Below the pieces are notes generated by a model, which was given only the letters and a program-made list of their open reading frames with translations, was not told where the DNA came from and ran no database searches. This document shows, one piece after another, positions 16,052 to 23,394 of a stretch of 32,000 nucleotides of DNA (positions are counted from its first letter, which is position 1; each line of letters opens with the position of its first letter). Source of the DNA: Zestosphaera tikiterensis (lineage in GTDB: Archaea > Thermoproteota > Thermoprotei_A > Sulfolobales > NBVN01); NCBI GenBank assembly GCA_003056265.1, contig NBVN01000003.1, forward strand, positions 90,001-122,000, read 5' to 3'. The position numbers and the translations under genes were made by a program.

Positions 16052-17623
16052 ATGAGCGTTGGTGAAGCCCTAAGGACTTTAGCTGAGTATAAGGTATCGC
16101 CATACGTTTCCGTAGTTATATTTGAGGGTGCTGACGCTAAGTTAAGATATCACGTTAGAGAACCGCCACTCAACGAAACTACTTTAGAAATTCTTAAACA
16201 TGTGTTGAATAGGATATACAGCGATGTAGACCTTATTAGAAGGTTCTCAGAAGTTAAATCTTTTGATGAAGCCTTACATGAGGCTGAGGAGGTAATTCAA
16301 TCACTACTTAAGCGTAAGTGGGCATTCCCCTTTAAACACTTCGGCAAGCGCTTACGGGATGTAAGCGATGAGGATTTAGGGAGTGTAGCTTACTATTTAG
16401 CGAGGGACTTAAGCGGTTACGGTGTTTTAGACCCTCTACTTAGAGACCCTCACGTAGAGGATATAACTTGTGACGGTGTTGAAATCCCCGTCTATGTTTT
16501 CCACGATATGTATGAGTGGTTGGAGACGAACGTAGTGTTTACGGACGTTACGTCCTTAGAGAAGGTTGTTAGACGTCTTGCCCTTAGATCCGGTCAAGAA
16601 CCTACGGTAGCTAGGCCTATAGTTGAGGGGGTTTTAAGGCCTGAAGGGTATAGAGTCCATATAGTGTTAGACGTCGTCTCTAGAAGGGGTCATTCATTCT
16701 CGATAAGGAAGTTTAGAGAGACCCCATTCACCATATCTGAGTTGATAAGTAGGGGGACTTTAGATCCTGCGGTTGCTGCGTTGCTTTGGTTAGCTATCGA
16801 AAATAAGCAGGGAATAGTTATCTATGGACCTACGGGGTCAGGCAAAACAACTCTGTTGAATGCGTTGACTGTGTTCCTACCTCCTGAAGCTAAGATAGTC
16901 TCAGCTGAAGACACTCCGGAGATCTTCCTTCCCTTCCACGAGAATTGGATGTCTATGGTCACTAGGTTAAGCGTGAACCCCTTAATTCAAGACGTTAATC
17001 TACAAACTCAGTTGGAGTCCGCCATGAGGCAGAGGCCTGACGTATTAATACTGGGTGAGATAAGGTCTAGGGAAGCTTACGCATTCTTTCAAGGGGTTTC
17101 AACGGGGCATGGCGGGCTCACCACAGTACATGCTGAGAGCTTAGAGTCTTTAGTGCGAAGGCTTTACTCACCCCCTATGAGCGTCCCTAAGTCATTAATA
17201 GCTACTGCCAAGCTCTTCGTACAAACGCTTAGGCTTACCTTACGCGGGGAGGTTGTTAGGAAAGTGACCTTAATTCATGAGACATCGGATTACAACCCAT
17301 CTGAAGACCTAATAACGTTTAAGGTTGTGGTTAAGTGGTTTAAAGAGGATGATTCGTGGAGGTTAAACCTACGTAGCAGTAAGTTAATTGAAGCTATAGC
17401 TAAATCAAGTATGATGAGTTATGATGAAGTGCTTGAGGACTTAAGTAGGAGGGCTACGATACTCTACTACGCCGCGGTAAAGAACGTTGATACAGTCACG
17501 CTCTACACGTTGGTAAGAACGTATAGGAAGAAACCGCATCAGATATACGAGACGGTTCTTAAATCCTTAGGCTCTAGCTATGGGATGAAGCTCTATGACG
17601 AGGAAGAGAAGAGAATCCTCTAA
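16052..17623 (+). CDS. Type IV filament assembly ATPase (FlaI/PilB/VirB11 secretion ATPase superfamily)
   Basis: 523 aa. It has Walker A (GPTGSGKTT), an Asp box (SAEDTPE), Walker B (PDVLILGEIR) and a His box (GHGGLTTVHAES). Confidence 0.9.
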   Translation: MSVGEALRTLAEYKVSPYVSVVIFEGADAKLRYHVREPPLNETTLEILKHVLNRIYSDVDLIRRFSEVKSFDEALHEAEEVIQSLLKRKWAFPFKHFGKRLRDVSDEDLGSVAYYLARDLSGYGVLDPLLRDPHVEDITCDGVEIPVYVFHDMYEWLETNVVFTDVTSLEKVVRRLALRSGQEPTVARPIVEGVLRPEGYRVHIVLDVVSRRGHSFSIRKFRETPFTISELISRGTLDPAVAALLWLAIENKQGIVIYGPTGSGKTTLLNALTVFLPPEAKIVSAEDTPEIFLPFHENWMSMVTRLSVNPLIQDVNLQTQLESAMRQRPDVLILGEIRSREAYAFFQGVSTGHGGLTTVHAESLESLVRRLYSPPMSVPKSLIATAKLFVQTLRLTLRGEVVRKVTLIHETSDYNPSEDLITFKVVVKWFKEDDSWRLNLRSSKLIEAIAKSSMMSYDEVLEDLSRRATILYYAAVKNVDTVTLYTLVRTYRKKPHQIYETVLKSLGSSYGMKLYDEEEKRIL

Positions 17624-17645
17624 GCATGTACTCAAGGAAGGCAAC

Positions 17646-18491
17646 ATGCTGTGGAAGGCAACTCGGCTTAGACTCTACAGCACTGAGTTAGAACCTATAG
17701 TGATAGGTTCGAAAACCTCCTCAAGCTTTGAGAAATTCCTTAGAAACGCTAAAGCGTTCATACTCTCATTCACTTTATTAGCGTCTGTAATCACCGCTTA
17801 CCACGTATACACTATAACGTTAAGCCCTTCATTAACTACCGCAATATCCGCTGTTTTAGCGATAGCTGTCTTCCTACCGATGGGCTACGCATTAACTGTG
17901 TGGATACCTGCGTTAAGGTATAGAGTTAGGCGTGACTTGCTGGAGGCTAAGTTCCCGCTATTTATAACGCTCCTCTCCCTCATCGTAGTTTCGGAGAAGA
18001 ACATATCTAAAGCTTTAAACACGTTAAGCACGAGATACGGGCAAGAACTTAAAGACTTCGACCTGGAGTTAAGCTTAATCAACTCGTTACCTAAGGTGGG
18101 GATCCCACTAGATCAAGCTTTAGATAAGGTAGCGTCGATAACACCGTCGCCAACACTTAAAAGCGTTCTTAGCAGCTTATCCACCTTAGCTAGGGTGGGT
18201 GGAGATCCTGTAGAGGTCGTTAACCGTATTACAGCGCAATATCTCGATAGTTATAAGGTAAGCTTAGAAAAGGGCGTTAACGACTTAGGCGTGGTTTTAG
18301 AACTTTATTTAGCGTTCTCCCTTATCCTACCGTTGATCGTGGGTTCCATAGGTATGTTATTAATACTGTACCCAATAAGGGGTATAGCGTTTGAAGCGTT
18401 GTTAGCAATACTCACGTATTTAGTGGCTCCGGCAAGCTCTATAGGCACATTAATCGTTACGGACGCCATCATTTCTAGGTTGAGGGTTTAA
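17646..18491 (+). CDS. Type IV filament platform protein, first half (TadB/FlaJ/PilC-like, T2SS F-type domain)
   Basis: About 280-298 aa. Two N-terminal TM helices are followed by a soluble helical domain (LNTLSTRYGQELKDFDLELSLINS...PLDQALDKVA) and C-terminal TM helices. ATG 17646 is preceded by AAGGAAGG. The track start at 17595 would overlap the ATPase gene by 29 nt. Confidence 0.7.
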   Translation: MLWKATRLRLYSTELEPIVIGSKTSSSFEKFLRNAKAFILSFTLLASVITAYHVYTITLSPSLTTAISAVLAIAVFLPMGYALTVWIPALRYRVRRDLLEAKFPLFITLLSLIVVSEKNISKALNTLSTRYGQELKDFDLELSLINSLPKVGIPLDQALDKVASITPSPTLKSVLSSLSTLARVGGDPVEVVNRITAQYLDSYKVSLEKGVNDLGVVLELYLAFSLILPLIVGSIGMLLILYPIRGIAFEALLAILTYLVAPASSIGTLIVTDAIISRLRV

Positions 18492-18492
18492 C

Positions 18493-19401
18493 ATGAGGGT
18501 AACCAACGCTAGAGCACTTATTGAAGCGGTTTTAACTTTTACGTTGGGTTTTTCACTACCGTCGATAGTGCTTCCGTACGTGTTGCTGTTGCTAGGTTAT
18601 GGCGAACTTAAGCTACTTATAGAGTTTAGTTACGTAGGCTCCATACCTTCGATTTTAATTGAGGGTCTTTACTCCTACGTCTTCATAGGGTCTTTAATAG
18701 CTTCCTCTTCAGGAGCTATTTACATGTTATTAAGGCATAATGTAAGAACGTCTAAAGACTTTAAGAAGGAACTGCTGGAGTTTCTATCCCTTACTATAGC
18801 ACACGTAAGCTCCGGCAGCACTTTATTTGAGGCTTTAAAACGGGTTACTCCGGAGGTTCGGGAACCCACCCTTAAAAACTATTTAGGGCTGTTCTCCGGG
18901 ATGGTGTCTTTAGGTGAGGACCCTGAAGACATTCTTAATAAACCCGCCTTAAGGAAGGCACCTAATGAGGTTCGGTTAGTTCTCGCTGCTTTATCCGTGG
19001 CTTTCAAGTCTGGTGGGGCGTATATGGACGTATTAAAGCAAACTAACGAGTATTTAACTCAACTCCTTCGGTTAGATATGCTTAGACGTAGTAGGTTAAG
19101 CGAGTATAAGCTGGTCGTCACACTCTCCATAATCGCATACGCCTTATCCGCCGTAGTAACTGTTGGGTTGTTAACGTCTATGCTTACCTCCTCAAACGTC
19201 TTGGTAGGTGGTGGTGAGTTAGTTAACGTTAATGTGGTTAAATCCGCTTACTACGTGTCCTCCATCGCTTTAGCGTCGATCGCGTCGATAATAGTAAGTA
19301 AAGTCATAGAGGATAACCTCTTAAAAACTTTCAAGTATATAGCCTTACTGTCTTCGTTGGTTACTGCGATATACGTAGTTAGTGAGTTAATAACGCTTTA
19401 A
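18493..19401 (+). CDS. Type IV filament platform protein, second half (TadC/FlaJ/PilC-like)
   Basis: 302 aa with the same architecture: TM helices, then a helical cytoplasmic domain (SGSTLFEALKRVTPEVREP...YMDVLKQTNEYL), then TM helices. The ATG lies 1 nt after the preceding stop (TAACATG), in a different frame. Confidence 0.7.
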   Translation: MRVTNARALIEAVLTFTLGFSLPSIVLPYVLLLLGYGELKLLIEFSYVGSIPSILIEGLYSYVFIGSLIASSSGAIYMLLRHNVRTSKDFKKELLEFLSLTIAHVSSGSTLFEALKRVTPEVREPTLKNYLGLFSGMVSLGEDPEDILNKPALRKAPNEVRLVLAALSVAFKSGGAYMDVLKQTNEYLTQLLRLDMLRRSRLSEYKLVVTLSIIAYALSAVVTVGLLTSMLTSSNVLVGGGELVNVNVVKSAYYVSSIALASIASIIVSKVIEDNLLKTFKYIALLSSLVTAIYVVSELITL

Positions 19402-19754
19402 CTTAAATCAACACCTAAATCAGAAAGTAACTTACGAAATTTACTTGAGTCGTTTATAGCTAATGAAACAGCTTCGTTAAGAACATCAAGTTTATTTAAC
19501 TTAATTAACATAGGCTTTATGAAAACGCTAACTAACATAAAAAGCGCTGTTTCTTTAACGTCGTAAACCTCCTCTAAAACCTTAAAAAACGTTGACGAAT
19601 CTTTAAAGAACATAGTTACTGCGTCAACACCAAATCTAGCCTTAATGAGGAAGTCAAGGAGATTTAACGAGCCTGGAGCGACTCTAGCAGCATAACCCCT
19701 TATGTAACTCGCTAGTTCTGACGAAGAGATCCTCGCAAGCGCCTCAGGACACAT
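19398..19754 (-). CDS. Hypothetical protein (118 aa, predicted helical)
   Basis: The ORF is convergent with the platform gene, and the two stop codons overlap. I recognise no motif. The gene is divergent from the next ORF across a 64 nt AT-rich spacer. Confidence 0.4.
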   Translation of the reverse strand: MCPEALARISSSELASYIRGYAARVAPGSLNLLDFLIKARFGVDAVTMFFKDSSTFFKVLEEVYDVKETALFMLVSVFIKPMLIKLNKLDVLNEAVSLAINDSSKFRKLLSDLGVDLS

Positions 19755-19818
19755 TAGAACCCACCTAAAGCATCCAATAATGTATTTATTATGTTTTCAT
19801 TAAAAAGGCTTTAACCTC

Positions 19819-20181
19819 TTGAAAACGATTATATATGCTTTAAGCACTTCTACATGGGTGTGGTGTTTGATACCTTCAGTAAGTTTAACTGACGTCGTTA
19901 AAGCGTTGGAGGAGTTAGTTGAGGAAGGCTCTATAGACGACATCAACATATTTTTAGTGTTTGTTATGGGGTATTTAGCCTATCTATGGAGGGTTGGTTT
20001 AATAGATGGTAGGGAGTTAAGTAAGCTTGTTAAGAAGTTGATGAAGTATGTTACTGAGTTTATTGAATACGTGGATAAAGACGTTGTTGAGTTGATGAGT
20101 GTTTTAGGTGATGAGTTAAATGAAGTAAGCTTTAGAGAGTTTCTAAGTAGGTTGATTATTTTCTTAAGGGAACCTCATTAA
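19819..20181 (+). CDS. Hypothetical protein (about 107-120 aa, helical, acidic)
   Basis: The ORF has a TTG start at 19819, and an in-frame GTG at 19858 is also possible. I recognise no motif. The next gene starts 26 nt downstream, after GGTGGG. Confidence 0.4.
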   Translation: MKTIIYALSTSTWVWCLIPSVSLTDVVKALEELVEEGSIDDINIFLVFVMGYLAYLWRVGLIDGRELSKLVKKLMKYVTEFIEYVDKDVVELMSVLGDELNEVSFREFLSRLIIFLREPH

Positions 20182-20207
20182 ACAACGCCTAACTTTGGTG
20201 GGTTTAA

Positions 20208-20972
20208 ATGACGTTCAGCGTTAGATGCTCTTCATGTGGTCGGAGGGAGGCTTTCTATTATAGGAGAGCTTCGGGGGAGAAGCTTTGTTTTCCATGCCTT
20301 GAAAAGTCTTTAATGAAGAATATTAGGAGGAGCTTCTCCGAGTTTTCAAGTCGGTTGAGTGTTAAGCCTGTTTTAAACGTTTTGATACTGCCTGAGAGGG
20401 TTGTTGAAGGGTATGCGTTAACTTTACTCTTAAGTAAGGTTGAGAGGAGGTATGGAGGTCAAGTAGCTTTCACCGTTCCCAAGTCTGTTTTTAAATTCTT
20501 AATCGATTCGCAATATATTGAGGAGGGCTTAAACGTAATCACTTACGATGATGAGATACTCTCAGATAAGGATTGCTACACGGTGTTAGACTCGCTGAAT
20601 GATTCTTTAAAACTTATCCAAAAAATAAGGTCTGAAGGACAGAGGGTAGATGCGTTCATACTCCCGTATACTTTAACAGACTTAAATCAAGCCCTACTTG
20701 AATATCTACTCATTAAACGTGGGGAGGGTTTAAACCCCTTAAACGTTAAGGTCGTTGATAAGCACCCGATAATCTACCCGTTTAAAGCAGTGCCTAGAGC
20801 AGACGTTATAGCCTATGTCCTAGGCGTTAAAGGGTATAACACGTTGAACTTCATAGGTAGGCCGTACTGCTCGAGATATTCTGAGGTAAAGCATGTGGTT
20901 TACGACATAATAGCTAAACACGCTGAGTTAAGCTATACGATGTTAAAATCCCTAACGTGGTTTTCAAGCTAG
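20208..20972 (+). CDS. TtuA/NcsA-like adenine nucleotide alpha hydrolase (PP-loop) superfamily protein with degenerate PP-loop
   Basis: 254 aa. The N-terminal zinc finger is CSSC...(16)...CFPC followed by LEKSLMKNIRR, as in TtuA/TtcA/NcsA. At the position of the SGGKDS PP-loop the sequence reads VLILPERVVEG. A later block AFILPYTLTDLNQALLEYLL sits where xxTGHxxDDxAexxL is expected. Confidence 0.5.
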   Translation: MTFSVRCSSCGRREAFYYRRASGEKLCFPCLEKSLMKNIRRSFSEFSSRLSVKPVLNVLILPERVVEGYALTLLLSKVERRYGGQVAFTVPKSVFKFLIDSQYIEEGLNVITYDDEILSDKDCYTVLDSLNDSLKLIQKIRSEGQRVDAFILPYTLTDLNQALLEYLLIKRGEGLNPLNVKVVDKHPIIYPFKAVPRADVIAYVLGVKGYNTLNFIGRPYCSRYSEVKHVVYDIIAKHAELSYTMLKSLTWFSS

Positions 20973-21170
20973 TTAGATCAAACTCCTCGATTTTAGTTAA
21001 GCTTAACGTTGTGAGGCCGCACACCCGCTAGACTTAAAGGTAACACCCTTAAGTTGTGAGTTAATTAACGTTTAAGATCGTCTTATCCCTACTTTTAAAG
21101 ACGACCTTAGAAAGTATTAAATTTAAAGCTTTAATTGTTGTAGTACCGTATTTTTCTTAGGTAATGAAAT

Positions 21171-22412
21171 ATGGATGTGGTAAATGTAAGGAATATTGAG
21201 GTTGAGTTTATTAATTGGACGCCTGTGGAGGAGCAGAAAGTAGAGCTTGTTGAGAGGAAGGGTTTAGGCCACCCAGACTATATAGCTGATGCGGCTTCGG
21301 AACTCTCCAGCGTAGCTTTATCTAAATATTACCTTAGGGAGTATGGGTATATACTTCATCACAACGTCGATAAGGTTTTGCTTGTTGGCGGTCAATCTAA
21401 ACCGGTGTTTGGCGGGGGTGAGGTTCTACATCCTATATATATAGTAGTCGCTGGTAGGGCTACGGAGTTCGTTACTCGTGAGGGAGGCCGCATAGATAGG
21501 ATTCCCGTAGGTACGATAATAGTTAACGCCGTTAAGAGTTGGATTGCTCAGAACTTCAGGTTTTTAGATCCTGAGAGACATCTCATAATCGACTATATGG
21601 TGAGGCCGGGGAGTCAAGACCTAGTGGGAGTTTTTGAATTAGGTAAGAGTGGGAAGCCCCTCTCCAACGACACAAGCATAGGCGTTAGTTACGCCCCCCT
21701 ATCCACGCTGGAGAAGCTTGTTTTCAATGTCGAGAGGTTTTTAAACTCGCGAGAGTTTAAAGAGAGGATTCCTGAAGTTGGTGAAGACGTTAAAGTCATG
21801 GGTTTAAGGGAAGGTAATAAGATAAGGTTAACTATAGCTGCTGCTATGATATCGCATTTAATACCTGACGTAGATCATTACATTTCAGTAAAGGAGGAGG
21901 TTTTAAATAAGGTTCAAGACTTAGCTGTTAAGATAGCACCCAACCATGAAGTCGAGGTTTACTTAAACACAGCTGACGTTCCTGAGAAGGGGATAGTGTA
22001 TCTAACCGTTACGGGCACTTCAGCAGAGCATGGTGATGATGGAATGACTGGCAGAGGTAATAGAGTTAATGGGTTAATAACGCCTATGAGGCCTATGAGC
22101 TTAGAAGCTACGGCAGGTAAAAACCCCGTAAGCCACGTGGGTAAGATTTACAACGTCTTAGCTATGAAGATAGCTGAGAGGATAGTTAATGAAGTCCCTA
22201 AGGTTAGGGAGGTTTACGTAAAGCTTCTATCGAGGATAGGACATCCTATAGACAGACCTCAAGTTGCGTTAGCTAGGATATTACCTGAAGACAATTCATC
22301 ACCGTCTCTAAACGCAATTATGTCAGACGTTAAGAGCATCATGAATGATGAGTTGGAGCGGATAACGGATTTAACGAAACTTATAATTGAAGGTAAGGTA
22401 CTTCTATTTTGA
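21171..22412 (+). CDS. metK: S-adenosylmethionine synthetase, archaeal type
   Basis: 413 aa. It has [10 protein letters not shown] near the N-terminus and the archaeal MAT signature [48 protein letters not shown]. Confidence 0.95.
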
Positions 22413-22432
22413 GGTTTAAGGACTTACGCGAA

Positions 22433-22486
22433 TAAGTGATGAGTGAAACCGGGTCTGAGAAATGATGTTGGGTCGGTGGCTGATTA
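22433..22486 (+). ncRNA. C/D box sRNA (2'-O-methylation guide)
   Basis: This was read directly from the sequence:
- C box GTGATGA, 22436-22442.
- 12 nt guide GTGAAACCGGGT, 22443-22454.
- D' box CTGA, 22455-22458.
- Short linker GAA, 22459-22461.
- C' box ATGATGT, 22462-22468.
- 11 nt guide TGGGTCGGTGG, 22469-22479.
- D box CTGA, 22480-22483.
- Flanking TAA/TTA can form a 3 bp terminal stem.

The RNA lies in the 94 nt gap between metK and rio2. Confidence 0.8.
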
Positions 22487-22506
22487 GATCTTTTAGGAAG
22501 TGAGCT

Positions 22507-23394
22507 ATGGAGTTAGCTTTAATATATAGGGAATTGAGTGAGGTTGAGTTTAAAGTTTTAAAGGCTTTAAATTCCTTACTTACTCGATATGAGTACGTAC
22601 CTCTCGAAGAGTTGGAGGGTAGGGTTAAACTCCCTTCAACGCATATACTTAAAGCTCTTTACAAACTTACTGAGTTTAAAGCTGTGGTTAAACACCCTAC
22701 AATGCCTTGGTTTAGGATAACCTACGTAGGGTTGGACTTAACAGCTCTTAAGAAGTTAAGTGAGGCGGGCGTAATAACCCATTTAGGAACTAGGGTAGGT
22801 GTTGGTAAGGAAAGCGAGGTTTACATAGCTAAGGCTGGAAACGATGAAATCGTTGCTGTGAAATTCTATAAGATAGGTAGGGTAAGCTTTCAGAAGGTTA
22901 GGAGGGTAAGGCACTACACGATAGATCAAACTAATTGGATGTTAATGTCTAAAACAGCTGCTGAGAGGGAATTTAAAATCTTAAACGCTTTAAACGGTAA
23001 GACACCCTACGTTCCTAAAGCTTACGGGATGGCTGAACACGCAGTCGTCATTAACTACATACCGGGGGTTGAGTTAATCAGGTATAGAGACGCTAGAGAA
23101 CCTCTTGAGATCTTGAAGAAGATCCTCTCAGCTGTCAGGTGTGCGTACCTTTGCGTTGGTGTTGTTCATGGGGATTTAAGCGAGTATAACATAATAGTGA
23201 GTTCTACCGATGAGGTGGAGACCCCATACATAATAGATTGGCCTCAATACGTGTACGTAGCTGATCCGCAGCATGAGCCCCTACTTTTAAGGGATGTGGA
23301 GTACGTGATTAAATTCTTTAAACGTCGATACGGTGTTTATATTGACGTATCTAAAGCGTTAAGGTATGTTAGGGGCTTAAGTGATGAGCTCTGA
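22507..23394 (+). CDS. rio2: RIO-type serine/threonine protein kinase Rio2
   Basis: 295 aa. It has an N-terminal winged-helix region (FKVLKALNSLLTRYEYVPLEEL), then the RIO kinase core: GVGKESEVY, VAVKFYKIGR, HGDLSEYNI and IIDWPQ. Confidence 0.9.
   Translation: MELALIYRELSEVEFKVLKALNSLLTRYEYVPLEELEGRVKLPSTHILKALYKLTEFKAVVKHPTMPWFRITYVGLDLTALKKLSEAGVITHLGTRVGVGKESEVYIAKAGNDEIVAVKFYKIGRVSFQKVRRVRHYTIDQTNWMLMSKTAAEREFKILNALNGKTPYVPKAYGMAEHAVVINYIPGVELIRYRDAREPLEILKKILSAVRCAYLCVGVVHGDLSEYNIIVSSTDEVETPYIIDWPQYVYVADPQHEPLLLRDVEYVIKFFKRRYGVYIDVSKALRYVRGLSDEL

Noticed and set aside
15015-19401. Interpretation of the FlaI-like locus as an archaellum (motility) operon
   Set aside because: There is no FlaH (KaiC-like ATP-binding protein), FlaX, FlaG/FlaF pair or archaellin-sized subunit. 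The small size and split platform fit an adhesive or other type IV pilus instead.
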